From sequence record MN850604.1: 50,596 nt of DNA; one strand, written 5' to 3'. Made by a program: the position numbers and the translations under genes. The notes under the pieces are model-generated. The model saw only the letters and a list, made by a program, of their open reading frames with translations. It had not been told where the DNA came from and made no database searches. Below are positions 42,924-50,596 of the stretch, piece by piece (the first letter of the stretch is position 1; each line of letters starts with the position of its first letter). The DNA is from Escherichia phage tunzivis.

Positions 42924-44878
42924 TAAACAATTTCCCCCAATTGATGATCTGTTAGTGCCTTGTGCCATATACGGAAGTTTCTAACGTGCCCGAAAAGATG
43001 ACGTTCTCCCGTAGTTGTTTGTCCGCCAATCCTTATAGTAGCCGTCGATCTTATGTATCTCCATTCCGCTTTTGATTCGCTTGATATTATGGAATTACTT
43101 ACACAACAAGTATTGTAATCACTCTTTACTCTCATTCCCATGATCATCTTTTTTAGTTTCGCATTCTCGTAAACCCTTCGGTTTGAGTTACCTATGTCGC
43201 AATAAGGGAATCCGTCATTATCGCCTTCGGCAGACCCGAAAGCAAGAATTATTGCCGCTCCGGTTTGATGGCCGGATGTATCAAAAACACGTGGCGCAGC
43301 GTTTGGCGTTATACTCCAGTTTTTATGAGCTTCCACAAGCACTGTAAACGGCAAATTGTAAAGGTTGTTTTTTATTGGCAATGTAACCATATCGCTTGCC
43401 CTTGTTGTCGGACTTTCATTAGTTATAATGAATGATGAAGCGCAAGATCCAACCTCTACTTGAGGAGTTGTTAAATCCATAAAGCTATTTTCATCAAAAA
43501 CTTCTCCTTGTTTATTAACGACCTGTATTACCCCCCTAATGGAAGTTGATTCATCAGTAACTTTGTAAACTATTTCTGCAAAAATCCATTCCCCGTCTAT
43601 GGTAGCGTTCTTTAGCACTATGTTTTTTGCGTCAACTCCAGAAGTTGCCACCCCTAAGTTATCGCAATCAATAATAGCAGAAGCAACAGAAGATAAAGGA
43701 TCTCCCTTGTCAAATCTTGCTGCAAATCTTACATTTTTCCCCTTAGCCCTAAAAGATATTGTAACTCCATCACCCTTTACAACTGCAATCTTATTTGCAG
43801 CAGGTCCAGCTATAATAGTGTAAGATCCTACGCCACCTAAATATTCCCCTGGTTTAAATGTTGCATACTTAAACCCCCTTTCATCAGTCTTAGTTTCACC
43901 TCTTTCTAATCCTGGATTTGGATTCCATGATTCAGGCTTATTTGAATTTAAAAAATAGTTTGTTCTCTGCCCTTCAATCAAAAGACCATCCTTTTCAAAT
44001 CTAGGTTCATCAATAGCAGCATCAGTAAGCAACCCAGACTTATTAATGTAAGTAGCGGTTGATGCACGTTTAAACTTAACAATCTTGTCACCTGGCATCG
44101 TGATCTCATCATCACCTATGACAATCTTTTTGTATGACGGCGAGAATCCGGTGATCATATCCAGGGAATCATTAAATGGTATCCACACGTCAGGTAGAGG
44201 CTGCAATAAATCTTTGTAAGGTTCTGCGGCCTGTTTTGCGTATTCCTCCGCTTGATCTCGCGCACTTTCAGCGCCTGCCTTTGCGGTGTTCGCAGCATCA
44301 CGCGCAGTTTCAGCGCCTTTTCTTGCAGTTTCAGCGCCAGTCTTTGCAGTGTTTGCAGCGTCGCGCGCGGATTCAGCGGCAGCCTTTGCAGTATCAGCGC
44401 CTTTCTTGCTATTCGCTGCATTTGTTGCGCTTGTCTTCGCGTTATTCTCGCTGGTTTTAGCTGCCTGCTGGCTTGCTGCTGCTGCGTCAGCATTTGTCTT
44501 TACGTCTTCCTGGATCTTCTGTAGCTTATCCCAATCAAAATCCTTGATGATCTCAATAAATCCAGCAAACTCCGATTCCTTCCCCTGGTAATAACGCAAC
44601 GTTTCCGCTACGTCTTGCGCAAGACCGTCAACCGTTAACGAGTCATGAAGCAAGATCAGGTAATTTGTCTTCTGTACTACCGAGCCTCCAGTAGTAATTG
44701 CGCGAATGCTTGTATCGCTAATCACTTCTGTAATCACAGCAGCTTGCAAAGGTTGAGCAAGAAAGAAAATAGTTGCACCTGGGCGAATCAAGGTTAATTG
44801 CTCACGCCATTTTGTACCGTAACCAGTTACATAACCTTGCGCGTCCATAGACGCTTGGCCTTGTCTGTAAATCGCCAT
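42923..44878 (-). CDS. tail fibre protein with Ala-rich repeat and lectin-like (LamG-type) C-terminus
   Basis: ORF 42923..44902; ATG at 44878 after AGGAGG; degenerate Ala/Thr/Lys repeats (DTAKAAAESARDAANTAKTGAETARKGAETARDAANTAKAGAESARD); C-terminal ...HVRNFRIWHKALTDHQLGEI resembles concanavalin/LamG lectin signature. Confidence 0.65.
   Translation of the reverse strand: MAIYRQGQASMDAQGYVTGYGTKWREQLTLIRPGATIFFLAQPLQAAVITEVISDTSIRAITTGGSVVQKTNYLILLHDSLTVDGLAQDVAETLRYYQGKESEFAGFIEIIKDFDWDKLQKIQEDVKTNADAAAASQQAAKTSENNAKTSATNAANSKKGADTAKAAAESARDAANTAKTGAETARKGAETARDAANTAKAGAESARDQAEEYAKQAAEPYKDLLQPLPDVWIPFNDSLDMITGFSPSYKKIVIGDDEITMPGDKIVKFKRASTATYINKSGLLTDAAIDEPRFEKDGLLIEGQRTNYFLNSNKPESWNPNPGLERGETKTDERGFKYATFKPGEYLGGVGSYTIIAGPAANKIAVVKGDGVTISFRAKGKNVRFAARFDKGDPLSSVASAIIDCDNLGVATSGVDAKNIVLKNATIDGEWIFAEIVYKVTDESTSIRGVIQVVNKQGEVFDENSFMDLTTPQVEVGSCASSFIITNESPTTRASDMVTLPIKNNLYNLPFTVLVEAHKNWSITPNAAPRVFDTSGHQTGAAIILAFGSAEGDNDGFPYCDIGNSNRRVYENAKLKKMIMGMRVKSDYNTCCVSNSIISSESKAEWRYIRSTATIRIGGQTTTGERHLFGHVRNFRIWHKALTDHQLGEIV
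44203..44467 (-). repeat. Ala-rich degenerate repeats within tail fibre gene
   Basis: repeated GCGCCTGCCTTTGC/GCGCCAGTCTTTGC-type units encoding (A/T)AKxGAE(T/S)ARDAANTAK. Confidence 0.5.
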
Positions 44879-44896
44879 TTGTAAAATCCTCCTAAA

Positions 44897-44913
44897 TAGC
44901 ACTTTTTGCTAAT
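44897..44913 (+). promoter_or_regulatory. near-palindromic conserved motif copy abutting RBS of tail fibre gene
   Basis: TAGCACTTTTTGCTAAT; read on the gene strand gives ATTAGCAAAAAGTGCTATTTAGGAGG...ATG. Confidence 0.45.
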
Positions 44914-44943
44914 GACAATGCAGATAATAGCATTTTCAAGTGC

Positions 44944-44968
44944 AAAAAAAAACCCCGCATAAGCGGGG
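44944..44968 (-). terminator. rho-independent terminator after primase gene (leftward)
   Basis: on minus strand CCCCGC-ttat-GCGGGG followed by 9 T. Confidence 0.6.
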
Positions 44969-44984
44969 CAATACTAGCGGAGTT

Positions 44985-45914
44985 TTATAGCAGTGATTCA
45001 GGCTTGTAGAGTTTTCTTTCTACGCCCTGTTTAAAATTATCGTTAACAGGCATCATTATGTCAAGCCCTCTTTCCTCTGCCGCGATTATCACATCACGAT
45101 CATCTTTCCGGCAGACTACGCGCATTCTTCTTTCTCCTTTATATCTATGCGCAACCATTTCAAGATTTGAAGGAGTAAAACAGGCCCACACCTCTTGACC
45201 AGTTGATAAATGAACATGCTGAGAATCAACCCAATCAAGGCACAAATAGATCGTCTTATCTGTACTACCTGTTTTAACAACAGATCCGCGCGTGTAGTCG
45301 CGAGCTAAAAACCAATCCTTTCCATCCTCATCAATGAAAAGCACGTTACACATTTCATCATCCAGCCCGTCATCATGCACCAGGTGACAAGGTAGCGCGT
45401 GAATGTATCGACCATCCTTGACTCCGCAATCATAATGACAATCTTCCGGCGGATATATCCCCTCATAAACGCTTAAAGGTGTGCGATCGAATTTTAATGT
45501 TTTTTCCATCACTTTTTCGCAACATTCATGACTTGCCTGTTTCCCGAACGAGTAACCAGAAGAACGCGAAGCGCGTTTGTTTGCTCTGATCCTGTAATCT
45601 TGTGGCACTTTTCCGAGGAAGCGGCCCAAAATGTTGATGGCCTCGCTGTAAGGTTCGCCAGTTAATTTCATTAACCAACCGATCCCCGTGTCGTTGCCGC
45701 ATACGTTGCAGATCGCGCCGCCGTCGCCCTCTTCATTTAGCTTATCAGTCCACCTAAAACGATCCTTACCGCCGCAGTGTGGGCAAGGCTGATGCTTTTT
45801 GTTGAAAACATCGCTATGCAGTCCGCAAATGCTTTGTAGTGCTTCACGCCATAACCCCTTCATATATGGCAAAACATCTTCTTTCTGATAGGTCATAAAG
45901 CTTTCAGTATTCAT
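44985..45914 (-). CDS. DNA primase (zinc-ribbon type)
   Basis: ORF 44985..45992; ATG 45914 after GAGG; primase zinc ribbon CPHCGGKDRFRW...CNVCG; adjacent to helicase gene. Confidence 0.6.
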   Translation of the reverse strand: MNTESFMTYQKEDVLPYMKGLWREALQSICGLHSDVFNKKHQPCPHCGGKDRFRWTDKLNEEGDGGAICNVCGNDTGIGWLMKLTGEPYSEAINILGRFLGKVPQDYRIRANKRASRSSGYSFGKQASHECCEKVMEKTLKFDRTPLSVYEGIYPPEDCHYDCGVKDGRYIHALPCHLVHDDGLDDEMCNVLFIDEDGKDWFLARDYTRGSVVKTGSTDKTIYLCLDWVDSQHVHLSTGQEVWACFTPSNLEMVAHRYKGERRMRVVCRKDDRDVIIAAEERGLDIMMPVNDNFKQGVERKLYKPESLL

Positions 45915-45969
45915 GGCAAACCTCAATAAAAAAGCCCAGCAAATATTATCATTTCGCTGAGCCTTATCA

Positions 45970-46446
45970 TTAGCTATTTGTGCTGTTATCACCTTTGTAG
46001 AATCGTCCGCCTGGTTCGTAGTCTGAATTTTTGACTACGCGCAACATCTCGTATTTGTCGCAACGGGTAGTAAGAGGCTTACCGTTAGAATCAAACCGCA
46101 GATCTGGACGACAAAATGATGCGCGGTATCCTTTGCATCCATTATATTTGTAGTCGTTATGCACCTTTTGTGCTCCAGCGGCTGAAATCATACCACGCTT
46201 TCGCCATTGGTTAACGACTTGCTGAGATACGCGTAGACGTCGAGCCATAGCAGGAACACCGCCATAATACTCGATCAGAATATCCAGGCGAGATTTCAGG
46301 CTTGCTTTTACCTCATCTCGCAGGATAAGAAATCCGGTTCGGTGTTTTCGTGGCTTTTTGTCTTTACCTCGTCGCGTTCCGTTGTTACCGTTAATAGTGC
46401 GCTTGTCGATCTCACCCGTAGAAACTGCAATTCGTGCATCTTTCAT
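45970..46446 (-). CDS. HTH DNA-binding protein (candidate transcription regulator)
   Basis: 158 aa; helix-turn-helix-like GGVPAMARRLRVSQQVVNQWRKRG; RBS AGGTGA abuts an inverted copy of the conserved motif. Confidence 0.5.
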   Translation of the reverse strand: MKDARIAVSTGEIDKRTINGNNGTRRGKDKKPRKHRTGFLILRDEVKASLKSRLDILIEYYGGVPAMARRLRVSQQVVNQWRKRGMISAAGAQKVHNDYKYNGCKGYRASFCRPDLRFDSNGKPLTTRCDKYEMLRVVKNSDYEPGGRFYKGDNSTNS

Positions 46447-46458
46447 CTAGTCACCTCA

Positions 46459-46477
46459 TAGCATTTTTTGTTAAAAC
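46459..46477 (+). promoter_or_regulatory. conserved motif copy (TAGCATTTTTTGTTAAAAC) in divergent region between HTH gene and helicase
   Basis: forward for helicase (TATTAT at +37); on the other strand it directly abuts the RBS of the HTH gene. Confidence 0.55.
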
Positions 46478-46533
46478 AGTTTATTGTAATGAGTCTATTA
46501 TATACTCCAAATGGCATTTTTTAAAGGTTTAAG

Positions 46534-48531
46534 ATGATTCCAAATATCGAAAAACAAATATCAGCGTTAGGCGAGGCAGTAATAAAAAGCATCCAAGAGC
46601 GATTCACGGTTGGCAATATAGTGCCTTATCCTTATCAGTGCGTTGCGTATGCAGAGATCGCAAAGCGCATGAAAAACTATGAGCATCCTTTCTTTGTTAA
46701 GGCTTCTGTATCGGCTGGCAAAACATTGATGTTTGCGATGGTTGCGGCGCAATGCCGCAAAATGGGATTGAAAATGATGGTCCTTGCTCGCCAGGCTGAA
46801 ATTGTTGATCAGGATTCGGAAGAGATCAGCAATCTTGGCGTGCCAAACTCAATCTATTGCGCAGGACTGAAAACAAAAAGCGCATACTTTCCGATCGTAG
46901 TCGGTTCTGAGGGCACTGTAGTAAACGGATTGTTTAAGTCGTTAGGTGATTATGTTCCGCACGTTATCGGTATTGATGAATGTCACCAGGTGGATTGGGA
47001 GGATCTCGCGGACGCGATAGAAAATAATGAATCTTACCAGCAGATGACCACTAAGAAGGATTTGCCTGTACTGATTGGAGAAGAACAGCAATTTGATTCC
47101 AATGGCGATCCAATGTTCGGAACAGGGCGCACACAGTACACCGTAATAATCATGGAAATGATGCGTAGGTGTCGCGAGGCATACGGGCACGAATTGCGAA
47201 TATTCGGCATGACTGGATCTGAGTTTCGCGGCGTGGTTCCAATACTGGTTGAAGATAAGAACAAAAAGGGATTCTGGCGTGAGCAGGTGACTAACATAGA
47301 CACAAACTACTTAATCAAATTCGGTTCGGTAGTGCCAACAAACTTCGGCGACGTAGGCGACCTGGGTTATGACCTTTCAGAGTTCGAAGCCAGTAGCGAG
47401 GATGGCGTTTCAGACTTTGACGCTAAAACATTGCGCAAGATGGAAGAAAAGATCCATCAAGACGCAACAATGACACAGAAAATCATGGCTAAAGTCCATG
47501 AGATATGCAAAGACAGGAACGGAGTTTTAGTTACATGCGCAGGGGAAAGGCACTGCAAGGAGGCTGCCGCCGCACTGCCGCCAGGCGTTGAATACAGGAT
47601 CATAACTGGCAAGACTGGAGATAATCAGCGTAAAGAGTGGCTGAGGGAGGCATACGAGGGAAAAGTAAAATACATCTTCCAGGTACAGGCGCTTACCACT
47701 GGCGTTAACGTTCCGTTTTGGGATACTTCTGTAATACTGAGAAAGATAGGATCTCTAACATTGCTTATCCAGCTTTTGGGGCGCGGCATGCGACTGCTTA
47801 AGCAATGGCACATTGAGCAGGGATTCAAGAAAAAAGATCATCTTGTATTGGATTTTGCAGGTACTATGGATGAGTTAGGTGATTTGTATTTCGATCCAAT
47901 CCTTGAGCAAGCGCAATTCCAAAAGAGATTTACAAACGGGAAAGAGCCTAAGACTTGTCCGATATGTGGAACGCTAAACAGCTTTTACGCTCGCCGATGT
48001 ATGCACGTAGACGATAACGGGAAGCGATGTGAGCATTTTTGGACTTACAGAATTTGCGAGGACCAGGTAGATCCGAGAACGAAAAAGATAATCAAGCGCG
48101 GTTGTGGAACAAAAAACGACGTAGTGGCGAGAGTATGCCGTTGTTGCGATATTTCTCTTGTCGATCCTAACGAGAAGTTAAGCGGTAAGCACTACACCAA
48201 AAACGATTGGTGCAACGTTAAATCTTTCCGCGTTGATATGACGAAAAACCAGAAAGGAATTATTTTTTGCTATGAGCTTGAGGCCAACGGCGACACGTTC
48301 AAGGCATACGAAAGATTTTTCCCTGAGTCAGAAAGCAACATTTGCCGGACGATATGGAGAAAAATAGCATTGCAGCACATACCGGATCGCAAGATTGCTG
48401 GTATGGTGGCGAGCTATAGAAATGCTCGTAAAATAATGTCATACGCTCATCACATCATGCCGCCTGTACGCGTAACGCATCGCAAAAACGGCAAAGGTGA
48501 GGATAACATTGCAAAACGGGAGTTTGTTTAA
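46534..48531 (+). CDS. superfamily-2 DNA helicase with C-terminal zinc ribbons
   Basis: 665 aa; Walker A SVSAGKT, DExH box GIDECHQ; C-terminal CPICG...CRCC clusters; motif-type promoter upstream. Confidence 0.75.
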   Translation: MIPNIEKQISALGEAVIKSIQERFTVGNIVPYPYQCVAYAEIAKRMKNYEHPFFVKASVSAGKTLMFAMVAAQCRKMGLKMMVLARQAEIVDQDSEEISNLGVPNSIYCAGLKTKSAYFPIVVGSEGTVVNGLFKSLGDYVPHVIGIDECHQVDWEDLADAIENNESYQQMTTKKDLPVLIGEEQQFDSNGDPMFGTGRTQYTVIIMEMMRRCREAYGHELRIFGMTGSEFRGVVPILVEDKNKKGFWREQVTNIDTNYLIKFGSVVPTNFGDVGDLGYDLSEFEASSEDGVSDFDAKTLRKMEEKIHQDATMTQKIMAKVHEICKDRNGVLVTCAGERHCKEAAAALPPGVEYRIITGKTGDNQRKEWLREAYEGKVKYIFQVQALTTGVNVPFWDTSVILRKIGSLTLLIQLLGRGMRLLKQWHIEQGFKKKDHLVLDFAGTMDELGDLYFDPILEQAQFQKRFTNGKEPKTCPICGTLNSFYARRCMHVDDNGKRCEHFWTYRICEDQVDPRTKKIIKRGCGTKNDVVARVCRCCDISLVDPNEKLSGKHYTKNDWCNVKSFRVDMTKNQKGIIFCYELEANGDTFKAYERFFPESESNICRTIWRKIALQHIPDRKIAGMVASYRNARKIMSYAHHIMPPVRVTHRKNGKGEDNIAKREFV

Positions 48532-48950
48532 TGGCTATAACTGATAAAGGAGATTATCTTGAGTTTTACGAAAGAGATCCAACCGACACGAGAAAGGAAG
48601 TTAATCACCAGATAGATAGCTTTCAGTGGTTGACTTATGCTCATCCTTATTTGCTAGCGTGGCATACGGTAAACGAGAATGAGAAGTCGAAAGTAACGGC
48701 GATGATTGATCAGCAGTCCGGATTGGTTAAGGGGGTAAGCGATTTCATCATCCTGATTGGTTCAAACGGAAAATACCCCTTTGCAGCGATTGAGATCAAA
48801 CGAGTTAATAAATCAGGCAAGGGGAAAGCATCACCAGTCAGCGATGAACAAAAGGCTTTTTTGCGTCGCGTTCGCAGCTTAGGAGGATTCGCTGCGGTCG
48901 CCTACGGATTTAATCAGTTTAAGTTAGCTATTGAATACATGCTTAAATAG
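48531..48950 (+). CDS. VRR-NUC-type nuclease (putative)
   Basis: 139 aa; PD-(D/E)xK-like core VSDFIILIGSNGKYPFAAIEIKR...SDEQK; ATGA overlap with helicase. Confidence 0.45.
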   Translation: MAITDKGDYLEFYERDPTDTRKEVNHQIDSFQWLTYAHPYLLAWHTVNENEKSKVTAMIDQQSGLVKGVSDFIILIGSNGKYPFAAIEIKRVNKSGKGKASPVSDEQKAFLRRVRSLGGFAAVAYGFNQFKLAIEYMLK

Positions 48951-48966
48951 CACTTTTTGTTAAAAC
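48948..48966 (+). promoter_or_regulatory. conserved motif copy upstream of dam
   Basis: exact 19-mer; hairpin TGGCGCgatggattGCGCCA; CATAAT 48985..48990. Confidence 0.55.
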
Positions 48967-49024
48967 TGGCGCGATGGATTGCGCCATAATTCAATAACAC
49001 GAGATGGCTTTTAATAGCGGAGAA

Positions 49025-49756
49025 ATGAAAATGGCTAAAGATATTTTAGATAAAGACACCCATGACGCATTTGTTAGCTTTGAGCAGTTGGAGAGAGAAA
49101 CGTTTATAGGAAATGCTCTTGCAACTGGAGGCTATTACCAGGCAGTAAAGCCAAATCAATATTATAAGGTAAGCGGCAACCGATACGCTGGAAGCACTAC
49201 GCCGGACGTTGTGCGCGATATGTGGAGCACACCTCAAGAGATCGTTGAGTGGATGGAATCAGAATTTGGCGAATACGATCTCGACGCGGCAGCAAGCCAG
49301 GAAAACGCAGTTTGCGAGAAGTTCTATAGCAAGGAAACAAACTGCTTAAAGCGTTGGTGGGGTAGCAACAAGCACGTATGGCTTAACCCGCCGTACAGCA
49401 ACCCAACTCCATTTATCAAGAAAGCAATTGAGCAAATGGAGCACAACAACCAAATTGATGTTTTGCTGCCTGCCGACAATTCCACGGCCTGGTTTTATGA
49501 GGCGCAGAAAAACGCGGCTGAAATCATCTGGATCACTGGAGAAGTTTACGAAGAGGGGGGAGTGGAATATTCCCGCACCGGAAGAATCGCCTTTGTGTCT
49601 GGATTGACTGGCGAGCCTGTACAGGGCAACAATAAGGGGAGCGTGATTTTTGTCATGCGTAAACTTAAAGAAGGCGAAGAGCAGAAAACGCGATACGTTA
49701 AGATCAGCGATATTTGCCCTTCTGTAACCGAACGCCGCGCGCGCAAACGGAGCTAA
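49025..49756 (+). CDS. dam: DNA N6-adenine methyltransferase (phage Dam-type)
   Basis: ORF 49004..49756; start placed at ATG 49025 after GGAG; catalytic NPPY motif (WLNPPYSN). Confidence 0.7.
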   Translation: MKMAKDILDKDTHDAFVSFEQLERETFIGNALATGGYYQAVKPNQYYKVSGNRYAGSTTPDVVRDMWSTPQEIVEWMESEFGEYDLDAAASQENAVCEKFYSKETNCLKRWWGSNKHVWLNPPYSNPTPFIKKAIEQMEHNNQIDVLLPADNSTAWFYEAQKNAAEIIWITGEVYEEGGVEYSRTGRIAFVSGLTGEPVQGNNKGSVIFVMRKLKEGEEQKTRYVKISDICPSVTERRARKRS

Positions 49757-49760
49757 CACG

Positions 49761-50018
49761 ATGAAAAAAGAGAGAAGCGTTTATTTAAATGAAACTGGCG
49801 AGTGGTTGTTATTTCGCGCTATGGTGTGCGATGCACTTGATAAAAACCCTAACGTGAAAAAGATGATTGATTGCGATCCGTGGGAATTTTCAAGCGCATT
49901 AGATATGAGCTTTGAGGATACAAGAAAACTACCTCTTGAAAAATGGCACGAACAAATAAGAAATGACATGCAAGAGTTTGTCGATTCGTGGAATTTTCAG
50001 AACGGAATGATCCACTAA
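49761..50018 (+). CDS. hypothetical protein
   Basis: 85-aa ORF; stop adjacent to motif at 50019. Confidence 0.45.
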   Translation: MKKERSVYLNETGEWLLFRAMVCDALDKNPNVKKMIDCDPWEFSSALDMSFEDTRKLPLEKWHEQIRNDMQEFVDSWNFQNGMIH

Positions 50019-50037
50019 TAGCACTTTTTGTTAAAAC
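50019..50037 (+). promoter_or_regulatory. conserved motif copy upstream of 50088..50273
   Basis: exact 19-mer; hairpin GCCCGGCATTTTGTCGGGC; CATAAT 50056..50061; leader CATCGAAACGAACG. Confidence 0.6.
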
Positions 50038-50087
50038 GCCCGGCATTTTGTCGGGCATAATTATTTCATCGAAACGAACGTGAGGAA

Positions 50088-50273
50088 ATGAAAATGGTAG
50101 TATATAGCAAGAAAGCATTTGACCAGGCGCAACAAGCCGCACGCGAGGCGGTAAAAGGTGGAACGAAAAACAATATGCAGCTTGATTGGGGCGCTGCAAT
50201 GATTCTACTTCGCGTTGCATATGGTCACTACCCATTAGAATTTGCGGAGGCATATTATAAGCATGAAGGTTGA
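50088..50273 (+). CDS. hypothetical protein
   Basis: 61-aa ORF behind motif-type promoter with CATCGAAACGA leader. Confidence 0.45.
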   Translation: MKMVVYSKKAFDQAQQAAREAVKGGTKNNMQLDWGAAMILLRVAYGHYPLEFAEAYYKHEG

Positions 50274-50505
50274 ACAAGGTAGAGAGGCGGTATGGAATCA
50301 CGCTAAAGAATGCGGAATAGCCGACGATATAAAGAAGATCGCGCAATACTTTGATATTGCAGATGTGAGCATAATTAGCGGCGATAAGATGACTTTCCTC
50401 AAGGAAAGGCCGCGAAAAATGGTAAGGGTTCCAGCAGTTCCAACAAAAATTGATTTCAAAGAGGCAATGGCTAAAATCCGAGAGCCTCGCAAATATTATA
50501 AATGA
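50263..50505 (+). CDS. hypothetical protein
   Basis: ORF 50242..50505; ATG 50263 after GGAGG. Confidence 0.4.
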   Translation: MKVEQGREAVWNHAKECGIADDIKKIAQYFDIADVSIISGDKMTFLKERPRKMVRVPAVPTKIDFKEAMAKIREPRKYYK

Positions 50506-50596
50506 GGATAGTTATCATGTGGCGCTTGTTTGTTCTACCGTTACCCGTTATCATCGCTGTTACAGTTATGTACCATATAGTGATGAGATAGGTGGC

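Noticed and set aside
44155-44591. Several overlapping + strand ORFs (44155..44493, 44176..44460, 44252..44524, 44286..44591) opposite the tail fibre gene
   Set aside because: Artefacts of the Ala-rich repeat region, which is open in multiple frames; the tail fibre gene on the - strand is the real coding sequence.

Overview
This window reads as a complete or near-complete ~50.6 kb genome of a virulent, T1-like (Drexlerviridae-type) enterobacterial siphophage. No integrase, repressor, tRNA or CRISPR array was recognised. The T1-like assignment is an inference from gene content and order, not a database hit. Layout: (i) 4-2364 (+) an HTH-metallophosphoesterase and a lysis cassette of holin, SAR endolysin and unimolecular spanin; (ii) 2379-8664 (-) a block of small early genes including a compact C5-cytosine methyltransferase and a large P-loop protein; (iii) 8665-9357 an AT-rich divergent control region with a consensus sigma70 promoter; (iv) 9358-17617 (+) early/middle genes including two lipoproteins, a HAD phosphatase and a P-loop kinase; (v) 17696-37694 (+) the morphogenesis module: TerS, TerL, portal, MuF-like protein, scaffold, two paralogous decoration-like proteins, major capsid, head-tail proteins, major tail, G/GT chaperone with a -1 frameshift site, tape measure and lambda-like M/L/K/I/J; (vi) 37721-38885 (-) three genes including a second lipoprotein; (vii) 38956-39383 a second AT-rich control region; (viii) 39384-41925 (+) recombination genes (PD-(D/E)xK exonuclease, Erf, SSB); (ix) 41958-46446 (-) tail fibre, primase and an HTH protein; (x) 46534-50505 (+) SF2 helicase, VRR-NUC nuclease, Dam methyltransferase and small genes. 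The most striking feature not explained by the genes is a conserved ~19-bp element, TAGCACTTTTTGTTAAAAC, present about 19 times in intergenic DNA. In most copies it sits a fixed ~37 bp upstream of a -10-like hexamer with no -35 element, which suggests an activator-dependent middle-promoter class; a second, inverted arrangement abuts the ribosome-binding sites of several late genes. All functional calls rest on motifs read by eye and on synteny; none was checked against a database.
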